A DNA stretch of 63,938 nt, the filler included, from Kipferlia bialata (lineage: Eukaryota), in assembly GCA_003568945.1 (NCBI GenBank). It is 4 parts of 4 records of this genome, joined end to end, with 100 filler letters (N's around TTAATTAATTAA, not from the genome) between each part and the next. Parts side by side here need not be neighbours in the genome. Positions count along the whole stretch, not along the records: positions 1 to 18,621 come from BDIP01000468.1; positions 18,722 to 37,323 come from BDIP01000469.1; 2 more parts are not named here. One strand, 5' to 3'. The notes beneath the pieces were generated by a model that had not been told where the DNA came from, searched no databases, and was given only the letters and a program-made list of their open reading frames with translations. Shown here one piece after another: positions 13,664-24,364 of the stretch. Numbering within the stretch: position 1 is the stretch's first letter; every line of letters begins with the position of its first letter. A program made the position numbers and the translations under genes.

Positions 13664-14013
13664 ATGCCGGTGGGCTTTGAAAAGCCACCCAGGCGTGTGT
13701 ACAACCTGATTAAAGTGCGGCCTCTGGCGGACTCTAGTCATGTCTCCACGCTGACTTGTAGGTATGGTGGAGTGAGCGCTTCTTCTCGTCTCTATGCTCT
13801 GTACTTAACACCAGTGACACAGAGGTCACTATCAGGGACCCAAGTGAGGAAGCGGCTGATAATACGAGGGGCTTCGACAAGGTATGTGAATTTGTATACT
13901 TTACTTTAGTGTCTTGCTCTCTTCTTTGCTTCTCTGCCCCTTCGCATACACCTTTGGCAGCCATACACTCTCCATATATCTCGTCACTCTCTTGGTGTGG
14001 GGATACACAACAA

Positions 14014-14061
<48 letters not shown>

Positions 14062-15665
14062 CCCCCCCCCTTTCCTGACTGGCAGGTGTGGGTGACCATG
14101 AAGCAGGGTGTCTACTTCTCAGACAAGTTCAATGTCGTCAGCAGTGATGGGGACGTGTCTCTGAGGATGGACAGTACTGGCCCGGTCTTTAAGGTGCGAT
14201 GCTATTAACATGCCTTCACTCCACTAGCATCCAACGTCTCACAACCAGGTTCTCATCAGCTATACCCCCTCCTCCCTCCACTCCTTCTCGTGCCACGTGG
14301 ACTTTAGCACAGAGCACCAGAAGAGGAGCGTCCAGGTGAGAGCTATGCATCCCCCCCCCCCCCTAATATACCACTGTCCTGTCTTCCCTCTGACTGAAGG
14401 TGACTGCTAACAAGTCCCGTACCACAGACAGGCAGGAGAGAGAGAGGGGTGTCCTTGGTCTACCCTCTGTACCCGTCAACAGAAGACTCGCAAGGTGGGG
14501 TCTCCCTAAGTACTGTCTTCCACCCCTCTCTATCCCCCTTTCTCACCCTAGGAGAGTCCCTACTAGGCGTGCATATGGTACCAAGTACTCCGGTACTACC
14601 GCCAGAAGTACCTCTGGGCGGTCGACATCCAGAAGTAGTGGTGGTTCTATGTCACTTAGACGGCCTAGGTACTGCGTTGTATTGATTCTCACATGTATAG
14701 TACTCTCTCTGTCCTCTCCCCTTACCTTCAGGTCCCACGTGAGGGCTGCTAGTGTCGAGAGGGGGTCCCGGTCTAGAGATGGGGACAGGCCCCGGCTAGA
14801 GAGGAAGGGTAGTGTGGGGCTGGGGGAGACCTTACAGGCCAGACCATACAGGGCCAAGGCTCGGCCCCTCACCCCCCAGGCCAGATCCCTAGGGGGAAGC
14901 GCCAAGATCATATCTCCCTCTCCCTCAGACCGAGATGTCCCATTCTCTGCCAACAGCATAACTGCCTCGCAGCGCATGTCCCTGGCGGACAGGCCTAGGG
15001 AGGGTGCCGTGGCTGGACTAAGGGTGGATGTCAAGGCAGTGGGGGCATGCATCCGAGTGCCGGGTGCCGCTGTCCCCGCCCCTGTTGACTTGGCGGCACT
15101 TGAGGAGGGGTCAGACAGCGACGAGGGGTCCTGGGGGTCCAGCGACAGTGAGGCCCCCGGGGTGTCTCTGTCTCTGGGTGCCCCTAAGGCAGAGGGCCTC
15201 GACCTAGCATCAAGGCTCAGGATGGGGGCTGTCGCCATCCCCACCCCCGGCCCTTCCCTCTCTCTCCCCCCCACTGGGTCAGACGATGAGGACAGTGACT
15301 TTGGTTCAGAGGAGAGTGACGACGGGGCCAGACCCGCCCTCTCTCTTGCATTGGGCGGTCCCACTAGTGCCGGGTTGAAGGCACAGGGTGAGGAGGACGA
15401 GGACGAGGACTGGGGTGATGAGGAGGACTGGGGTGAGGAGAGCGACACACACACCGAGGCCTCGGGACAGGGGTCTCTCCTCTCGCCCCCCAACACCGCC
15501 GCCTTCCAGCTCTCTGCTTCCTATGCCGCCCAGATGGCACTGTCGGTAGAGTTCCACAACAGGACCCTCGCCCACTTTGGGATGGGGGTTGATGGCAGGA
15601 CAGAGCTGGGGGCCAGAGAGGCTAATGACTGCGTAAAGCAACTGGCGGGGCGCAAGATGTCGTAG
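13664..15665 (+). CDS. Hypothetical protein, multi-exon, with Ser/Arg-rich and acidic low-complexity C-terminal half
   Basis: ATG at 13664. In-frame GT-AG exons (VWWSERFF...RGFDK / VWVTMKQG...PVFK / VLISYTPS...RSVQ / VTANKSR...) lead into a long final exon ending at TAG 15665. Confidence 0.6.
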
Positions 15666-15881
15666 AGATTTGATATAATAGATCCCACTTGCCCCAAGGC
15701 GGGGTTCTACAACTACTACTGTCAGTATGAATTGGTAGGTTCAATGAGATCAGAGACCTGGTGAATGCGGCGTTACTCTAGGTACTAGTAGTATCTAGAA
15801 TGAAGACTGTGATTTGCTGATTCAACACCGACAACATAATTTTACATGTCTATTTAGACCTCTCAGGTGTATAACTACCAC

Positions 15882-16717
15882 TTAGCTCCTCTTCATGATG
15901 TAGATGTAGTGGTGGTCGGGCACAGAGGCGCTGGACTCCAGCAGCTTGGGCTTCTCGATGGACTTGCTCTCCACAGTCCACTTGTAGCCCTCCTGGGGTG
16001 AGACTGGATAGAGGAGTAAGGAAGAGTCTATAATGGCCATAAAGATGTATAGAGGAGACCAGTATATAGGGATCCACATGAATGAGACCCCCGAGGACGG
16101 ACTCCGTTGGATTGAATACTCAGATGTACAGTCAATCCCACCTGGTCGAAGAACAGGAGCCTCATGTCGGGCTGGGCGTAGGAGATGGAGATGAGGCTGC
16201 CTCCGGCCTTCAGGATCCTGGAGCAGTGGCTGAGGGTGTCGTTCACCTTCTGCCTGGCTCCCTCTCCGCACAGCAGAGAGTCGATGGTCGCCTTGTCGAT
16301 GATGATGTCGTATGTGGCGTCTGGGGTCTCACCCATGTCAGTGCTGTCGCGCACGTAGAAGTTCATGTTCCTGTCTCCCTTCCTGTCGTTCAGCTGGTTC
16401 ACCACCACCTGGGAGATGTCGATAGAGTCGATGGACTTCACACCCTCATCGTAGAGGTCGAAGGAGAGGTTGGAGGATCCACATCCAAGCACAAGCACAC
16501 GGCTCTCCTTGCACACCAGGTTGCCCAGTAGTGGCTTGAGATCCTTCCACTTCTGGTACCACTCAAATGGCTCGGTATCCTTGGTGCTAGGGTTAGAAAT
16601 CAAAGAGAAGGTGAAAAATGGATCCTACAGCCACCTATAATGCGTAAAAATACCCACTATGCAACCACTATACACGTACTAGCGCTCGTTCCAATACTCA
16701 GCGAGGTGGTAACTCAT
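15882..16717 (-). CDS. Class I SAM-dependent methyltransferase, EEF1AKMT4/METTL13-N-like (3 exons: 16680-16717, 16142-16586, 15882-15992)
   Basis: The spliced protein reads MSYHLAEYWNERY-TKDTEPFEWY...VLVLGCGSSNLSFDLY...IDIS...YDIIIDKATIDSLLCG...SRILKAGG..ISIS...HHYIYIMKR. It carries the family's YW.ERY, F[ED]WY, motif I GCG and DK.T.D hallmarks. Confidence 0.88.
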
Positions 16718-16844
16718 TTATGAGTGCTTGAGGAAGCAGTGAGCTGCAGGTTCAGCTCTGAAATCCCTGACAAAAAACCAAAGGGTCTGGGCTCACTGTC
16801 AGGACCTGAGAGTCTCTTCACCGAATACACTCTTGGTTCACACA
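16718..16844. promoter_or_regulatory. Short divergent (bidirectional) promoter region
   Basis: 127 bp between the methyltransferase ATG (minus, 16717) and the ATG at 16845 (plus). Confidence 0.5.
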
Positions 16845-17748
16845 ATGGGAGCTAAGCCATCTGTTTCGAAGATGCGCACTCCAGCCATACAGGCTGAGGG
16901 GGTGCTGGGTGGTGGAGACGCCCTTCCCTTCTCCCTAGTGATGGAGAACTTTAAGGTATGAACACTCTGACTGTATATTGGGTATCACTATCGTGTCTCT
17001 CTAACCCGTAAGGGAGGCCCAATCCACGCACGCAACAGACGCACAAAGGGGACAGGATATATGTTCGTGACCAGGTATATGTAGTGTGATAATGTACACA
17101 CTGGTGATCGTGTATCGTTATACACGATTCCCCTCATACTCACCATCAGGAGGCGTGTCTGTTTCGGCATTAACAGCCGTAGGTTCGGACACGCCCGCCT
17201 CTCCCAGCTGTTCTTTGACTTCGACAGACCAGAGGGCCTGAAGCTGGTGAGTTACTATCCTTCTCCCACTAAGTGATCCCCTACAAGTGCAAATACATGT
17301 ATATGTATATGAATGGCTGCCCCCCCCCCCCCTCACTCCCAGGTCACCTTCCAGCCCAAGGGACACAACCAGATATTTGTGTCTCTGGCCATCAACAACT
17401 TTGACAAGGTGAGGACAGACACCTTGGTGTACGCTCTCACTCTATCTCTCTCCCTCTCACTTCTAGAGATACAGCCAGGGTCAGATGCAGTTTGTCTACA
17501 CCTTCAGGGACCAGACAGACAGGGACCACGTGTCCTCTCTGCTGCACACCTTTGAGCACACACCCCAGGGGGGGATCAAGGTATGTTATGCACTAACTAG
17601 TGATACCATCACTGTACCCTACTTGATTGATCACTCCCAACCCCAGAAGCCCTCCCCCTCCCCAGCCATCCACCCTGTGCCCCCTCCCCTCTACATGACC
17701 CTGACAGCAATGCCAGCTGATATGGAGGGAGACGACGGGGAGGCGTGA
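16845..17748 (+). CDS. Small multi-exon protein with N-terminal MGxxxS motif and possible GRAM/PH-like fold
   Basis: Five exons splice in frame: MGAKPSVSKM...ENFK / GGPIHARNRRTKGTGYMFVTR / RRVCFGINSRR...GLKL / VTFQPKGHNQIFVSLAINNFDK / RYSQGQMQFVYTFRDQTDRDHVSSLL... to TGA 17748. Confidence 0.6.
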
Positions 17749-18059
17749 GGGACAGTGTGGGTCCTATTCCATTTCTTAACAGCAGTACCTCTTTGTGTCT
17801 GTCTTTCTGTGTTTTGTGTGTCCGTTACCTGAATAGAACTGTATTGAACCGTTCTCCCTATTGAATTCATAGTCCTGGCGTTACGCCAGTGGCGTACCAT
17901 AGTATTCATATCTGAGTTATCACTGATAACTTATCAGTGATGACACAGATTCGGTGTGGTTGGTTGCCAAAAACATTGCCTCTTCACTGAAGTTCAGTCG
18001 TCAGAACAGTCTCTCTATCTCCCTTCACAGGACAGCGAGTTGGTGTGTGCTGCAGACTG

Positions 18060-18551
18060 ATGCTTCTGGCACTCTTGTCCTGTGTTGCTGTGTGTGTGTG
18101 TGTCATAGCAGATGGGACCACACCCATTGTGACTGGCACATACTATGGGGGTATCCTGCAGCCTGTTCTAGAGGACGACGCCCATATCGGCAATGCTGTG
18201 GCTGCCAATGAGAGGTGGCTGGTGGTGGGGGCAGAGGGAGAGGTAGGGAGAGGGTGGGTCTGCTAGCAAGGTCTATGTTGACCTCACTCACATTCAGAAT
18301 GGGTCTAATGGGGCCGTGTACATATATGACAGGGCGGACACCTCCACTGTGCATCAGAGGCTCATATCCCCGGTGGCACCTGGCGACCAGTACAACTACC
18401 TCTACTATGGTATGTATGTCTATGATTGCTGCCACTGTGTGTGTGTGTTGTCTATCCAACCTCAGGCAATGACCTAGACATCACCACCATTGATGGTACA
18501 GACGTCATAGCCATAGCATCCAGATACGAGGCATCAGAGGGGAGGGACAAG
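18060..18551 (+). CDS. Secreted FG-GAP-type beta-propeller repeat protein, 5' part (truncated by contig end)
   Basis: Hydrophobic signal peptide MLLALLSCVAVCVCVIA, then spliced IGNAVAANERWLVVGAEGE/NGSNGAVYIYD...QRL, matching the FG-GAP pattern FG.sva.....lvvGA.....GAVYvy. A second repeat starts at YG/NDLDI...VIAIAS. Confidence 0.6.
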
Positions 18552-18563
18552 GTACCATCATGG

Positions 18564-18609
<46 letters not shown>

Positions 18610-18621
18610 CCCCCCCCCCCC

Positions 18622-18721
18622 NNNNNNNNNNNNNNNNNNNNNNNNNNNNNNNNNNNNNNNNNNNNTTAATTAATTAANNNNNNNNNNNNNNNNNNNNNNN
18701 NNNNNNNNNNNNNNNNNNNNN
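18622..18721. other. Artificial contig spacer
   Basis: N44-TTAATTAATTAA-N44; places stop codons in all frames. Confidence 0.97.
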
Positions 18722-18912
18722 AATACTCTCTGTTGATCCGTCCTGTTGCCGCACGAAGGTGCGGCAAACCGCTAGTATATATAAAAAATATATAGCTGGC
18801 CCAGCCCTAGTATCGAGTAGCTGGTTACTGCAACTCTGTATCATTGTATTCTATTCCAACAGGTAAATCTGCCTCTCTGGAGGTTTCACACACATTCCCC
18901 TCACTCTCTTGT

Positions 18913-20750
18913 TCAGTGCTGAGGCAGAGGGGGTATCCATATGGGTGGCAGAGGCTGTGACTCTGATGGCTGACACAGACAAGGATCTACCACGTCCACC
19001 TCTATACAGGTTGGTGGGAGACAACGTGTGCTATCAGGCCCTGCGCCTGACACTACAGTCAGCAGCCTGGCGGTGAGGAGGGTCACGGGGTAGGTAATTG
19101 TGTCAACGACAATAATGGTATATATAGGTCATCACCTGAGTGCCACTGCCTCCCTCTCCCTCTCCCTCTCCCTCTCCCTCTCCCTCTCCCTCTCCCCCTC
19201 GAAGCGTATGTCCGGCCTCATGGCTCTCAGCCTGTGGCAGAGGCTACGGGCCTCGTCCACCCTGGGGTGGGAACACCTATCTACACATCATATACCACAT
19301 ACATTCCCACCTTGCCATGCAGACACCCACCGCTGGAGGGGCTGACAGCCCGGGCCTGACCTCCTGGGCAGCCTTGAGTAGCTGACGCGGTGAGAGAGTC
19401 CAACCAGTGTCTCACTCAGTGTGTACATGAATACCAACAACACAATCTTACCAGCTGATATGTCCCTAGCCATTCCCCAGTGGCAGTGTGTCCTGGAGAT
19501 CAGTTGGATAATTCACACTCTCTGTTCAATGGTGTGAGCTCCGCCCACCTACGAGCCCTGCCATGAGCAACCTCTCTCTCTCGTCGTCAGAGAGGTTCTC
19601 GATTCTCTCATACTGCTTCATACGGCGACCCTCAGTGACTGCTGGGAGCACACGCATACGACTGTGGTAAGAGGTACATTGCTAAGTTGCGTATACGAAT
19701 TTACCAATATCCACCTCAGGGTGGATTCGCCTTGGGCGGTTAGTGTACACACACCGTTGAGGTGCGATGCATGAGGAGACTGAACCTGTGGCTCCAGTTG
19801 GAGCCAGTACAGGAACTGTGCGGTGCTGGGGGTGAGGCACTGGGAAGGAAGAGAGATGGGATAGCGCACTGGAGTGTGTTGGTCTTACCTGGCCCATGAT
19901 AGCACCAGGTGGTACTGATACAAGGCAGGTCCAGAGAGCGTGACTCCAGTATGTCCTACCACCCTGAGTCAATAGAAGCAAGGGCCGATAGTAGCAGTGT
20001 GAGTTGTATGCGGTAATATTGGCACTCGTCACCTGTTGATCTTGCTCTTCACTCCCTGTCTGATGGTCCTCTGCTCTGTCTGCTGGGGACCAGGCCGCAA
20101 CTGGTTTATGAGTGGGAGGGGTGTTGGGGTGTTAGAATACTAAAGGGAGGGTTGTGATTGGCTGACCCAATTTGGAGAGATCAGAATCAGACGTCTCCGT
20201 GTTCCATGTATAATCTAGCATCTAGCTGGCTATGAATGTGAGCACACCTGCTCCACGGCCCCATCCAGCATTGCGTCTATCCTGCGGACAAGTGACTCAA
20301 CCCCCCGGGTGTCTCTTCCGTCCCCAGCTGGCAGTGAGGGATTGGATTGGTTCTCATAGACTTGGCAACTAGATAGTGTCATTCACTTACCCCTAGGTGA
20401 TGGGGCTCCTGCCACGCCGTGGTAGATCTGTCTCAGCTTGTTGATGGGTATCTCAGGTGTCCCGAGAGAGGCCTGGGGTGGGACGGAAGGAAGAATGTAG
20501 CCACCATACTGGCCAAGTGGTATCACTAACATATGGGACAGGCTTGTACCTGTAACAGGTGCGCCCCACTGCGACCTCTCTGGATGAAGTGGCCTCTAAA
20601 CAGGACTATTGTGTACCTGATGGTGAACAGGGGTGTGTATGAGATTCTCATTGTTAAAAGGATCTGAGTATCACCCATCCTGGATGGGCCATCCCTCATG
20701 TCCCACCTGACGGCCTCACTCATATGGGTCACACGGGTCATGTCATGGGT
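18913..20750 (-). CDS. Hypothetical protein, tandem paralog A (multi-exon; 5' end uncertain)
   Basis: Exons ASLGTPEIPINKLRQIYHGVAGAP / GDGRDTRGVESLV / ...KSKINR / ALYQYHLVLSWA / AQFLYWLQLE..LNGVCTLT / EGRRMKQYERIE / VDEARSL. They align exon-for-exon with paralog B. Stop at 18913. Confidence 0.65.
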
Positions 20751-21313
20751 CATGGGCTCACTGGGATCATCATATGTAGAAGTGTTGGGAGCAGTTGCAC
20801 CAGGTCCATCTCCTTCTGTGAGTCACTGAGAAGAGGAAGATGAGGTGTAGCGCGAATGCTTCAGATCTCTATCGAGATGAGTGTATGGAGATTAAGGGCC
20901 AACTTACTCGTAGTGGTGGACGGCACAGTGGTCGATCCTCTCTGCCTGTCTCTCTGTCTCTTTCTGACCCTACTACTCAGCTGGGTGTCTGGTGCACCCC
21001 TGTGTCCTGCTGTTCAGTAAAGCTACCATGCTCGGAGTAAAGACGGCACTTTGTTCAGATATCGTACTCAGACACCATTGTGATACCTGTAGGCATTGGG
21101 GAACCACTGCTTCTTTCAAACAGAAGGCCTAGGCCAAAGTTCTGATGGTATTGGCACCAACAGTGGTATAGGACGCGCTAAATAGAAGCACGTGCCGGAT
21201 TGAGCTATAACGAAGCGTGTAGCCTGACTACACGATCCAACTCTCTACACGTACATGTATACACGCAACATTCAATGTAACCATTCAGACAGAACTGGGA
21301 TATACTGGATCTA

Positions 21314-23581
21314 TTACAGGTCCCTAGCTGTGGGAGACGGGCTGGCAGAGGTGGGGTCTAGGGCTGCTGCGGCAGAGAGAGCGGATGCCAGGTCGATAGA
21401 GAGAGGGGACTGGGATACACTCTGAGCCACAGAGACAGAGACAGAGACAGAGGCAGAGGTGGGGCATGGGCCCGAGGAGTCTCGCTCTCCTCCTGTCTGA
21501 CTGGTCTGTATACAGGCAGGGGGTAACGGGGGGAGGGCCGGGAGCCCCGGTGTGTCTCTGGGATCTGAGTCATTGGCCCCCACTCCCCTGGCCAGAGTGA
21601 CCTGGGGTGAGGGGTACTGAATGCATTGGTAGGTATAGATATAGGTATAGGTATAGGTATCCAGGATGCCTTGGGGTTGGTCTGTAGAGTATCAGTATCA
21701 GTGTCAGCATCTGTACCTCGATGCGCAGGGGAGGCAGGCTGGGGTGGGGGTCGGTGGACATGGCAGAAGACACGGCAAGGACCCTGGGGGTGAGACATAG
21801 GCTGAATCAGGGAGGCATCACACTGACTACACACATCTATATACCTCATCGCCAGTCTCTGTCTCTCCCTGGTGTCCTCAGGCCCCATGTGGGTGAGGGT
21901 GTGCAGCAGCACTCGGGCCTCGTCCACCCTGGGGATGAGTGTCAGGGTGGGTGTATACTCATACCCTCTACAAGTGTGTCCCAAAGGGTGCCTCACCTGG
22001 ACATGCAGAGATCGACCTCCTCCGGGGCAACCAGGCCACTTCTATCTTGCTGGGCGGCATAGAGGAGCTAGGGTGAGGGGTATAGAGAATGGGAAGGGGA
22101 AGACAACCACCAACAGAGACTGACTGCGGGTTATATCCATACTGTTGTGCCTCACCATGTCGTATGTGCCCAGGGTGGGGTGCAGGGTAGAGTGGTCTGG
22201 ACCCTGCGCCACTGGGGGTCAGACACATGCATGGAGACATATACCCTACCATATATCAGACACACGGAGTACCCCGGTATCCATACCTACCAGTCCAGCA
22301 GTCAAGAGAGAGAACCTCTGCTCGCTGGTCAGGAACTCTATCCGCTCGTACTCCTTCATCTGTCTGCCCTCCCTGGGGATGGGGGGTATGCGGAGGGCGC
22401 TGCGGTAAGGGGGGGAGGTGTGTATGATGGGCCGTACACTGATATTGCTATTGAGTCGGAGACATATGGAGAGCGGAGAGCAACTGAGACAGGGAGGAAG
22501 AGCTGGACAGCATATACATACCTCAGGGCCGCCACGCCCTTGTCCGTGAGGGAGCACACCCCCTCCAGGTCAGAGGGGGGGCCATCGGGGGTGGAACCGG
22601 GGGAGTCTATCTGCAGCCAGTACACAAACTGGGATATGCTAGGGTGAGGGAGAGGGAAAGAGGATGTGGGGGAGGGGGTGTGAGTAACGACTAATACCAA
22701 TCCAAGCAGTTGAATGACAATCGGATATTGTGTGTATATCAGAGGATGTCATATGAGACATATACAGCTACGTACGATGCCCAACAGAACATGAGCTGGT
22801 GTCTGTAGAGTGCCTCCCCCTCGAGGTTGGCCCTGGACGTCCTAGGGTTAGTGCAAACAGAGAGGTGTGTATGCATATGGTGCAAGATATGGCAGACGGT
22901 TACCGACAGTCATAACAACGATATACACATCCTATCACAGCCGTACTTGTTAATCTTGGCCCATAGCGCCTCACTAACCGCCTCTTGCCTCTGCCTCTCT
23001 GGGCCTGGGTCGAGCTGGAGGGTGAGAGGTCAAGAGGTCGGATAGATCGGAGATCTGCTCTGATAATATCAGTGATATCACCGGATCCCGTGGAAACAAG
23101 GGGTGCCCTAGGGACTATGTCATACCTCTTCCACCACGGCGTCCAGCCTGACCATGAGCTCCCTGACCAGGGCGTGGAACCCCCTAGTGTCACGCCCATC
23201 ACCGGCTGGGGGTGAGGGGTGAGGGTGAGGGTAAGACGGTATTCAACTGGTGCACAGTGACTGTAGCGGAAGCAGAAGAGAAACCCTAGAACTGGCATAG
23301 ATGAGACTATACATTGAGAGGGGTCTACAGCAGTTCAGGTAGTATACAATGGAATGACGGTATCAATGTGGTAGGAGTTGACCCTCAGACCAGATGAAAA
23401 ATGACGTGGGCTGAATTGTGTAACTGCACACAACGTGTAAATGAGTAAAATAGGATACGTACGTTTGACTGGGGGTGCGCCGGCCATACTGTGGTATATC
23501 TGGCGCCTCTTCTTGACCTCGATCACAGGGTAGCCCAGGGCGTCCTAAGGTCAGAGAGGGGGAGACGGGGGGAGGGGGCGT

Positions 23582-23630
<49 letters not shown>

Positions 23631-23940
23631 TACAGGTAGAACATCAAATGTGATTGCATTCAGTTACTTTCAGACAGAAGCATGTGATGATTAGAAGAGA
23701 GAGAGTATGATCTAGTAGTTGAGTAAGAGCGAGGTCAATCCAAACTGACCAGTATAGACAAAGCATGCAGAGGGGGAGGGGAGCGAAATATATATTACTA
23801 TATCAAACTACAAACTATGGTATGTGCAGCTCAGGCATATGAGAGAGTACAGAGTGTGTGAGAGAGCACCATCCACACTCACCCAGATGACTGTCTCCAC
23901 ATATCAGCACCTTAAGTGCAATGGGACTCTTGGGGACCAT
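21314..23940 (-). CDS. Hypothetical protein, tandem paralog B (multi-exon; 5' end uncertain)
   Basis: Exons DALGYPVIEVKKRRQIYHSMAGAP / GDGRDTRGFHALV / ...WAKINK / ALYRHQLMFCWA / SQFVYWLQID..LEGVCSLT / EGRQMKEYERIE / VDEARVL. Stop at 21314. Confidence 0.65.
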
Positions 23941-24364
23941 TCCTCACTTCTCAGAAGTCTCCTGCGTCACAATTAGGCCTGCTAAGCACTGTGGTATCCC
24001 TCTAAGTGCAGAGTGCGTCTAAGGTGTGGAATAGAGTAGGTTCAGGTTTGTTGAGAGTAGTGCCTACACCCTTGACACTCAAAAACACAGTTCACTGTCC
24101 AGGATGACCAGTGCTCCTACGCATGCTGGGATAACCAAATACTCTCGTCTGGGAGTAGAATTGGAGACTGTGTCGTTATAATGCCTTGTATTTGCATACC
24201 ACGTGGACACAGGCACTTGGACGCGATTCACTGTTTTTGCACTTCAGGGTGCAGGAAAAGTGGATTTTGAGTACGCAATCAAGGTACCGTTCATAAGCGA
24301 GGTTTGAGGGGAGGAAGCGTCAGTAAGGGCACTATACTGAACCACAGGGCGCAAGGCGCCCTAT

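Noticed and set aside
18622..18721. Repeated TTAATTAATTAA flanked by Ns (also at 37324 and 56025), evenly spaced ~18.7 kb apart
   Set aside because: Artificial linker between length-sorted contigs. No biological periodicity, and no synteny should be inferred across it.
23581..23627. Poly-G/poly-C tracts giving poly-Pro/Gly ORFs (also 26965, 37424, 55977, 56125, 63889)
   Set aside because: Intronic or contig-terminal homopolymers of unreliable length; not coding.
18722..24300. Possible retrotransposon remnant
   Set aside because: No RT, integrase or transposase motifs; the region resolves into two spliced paralogous genes.
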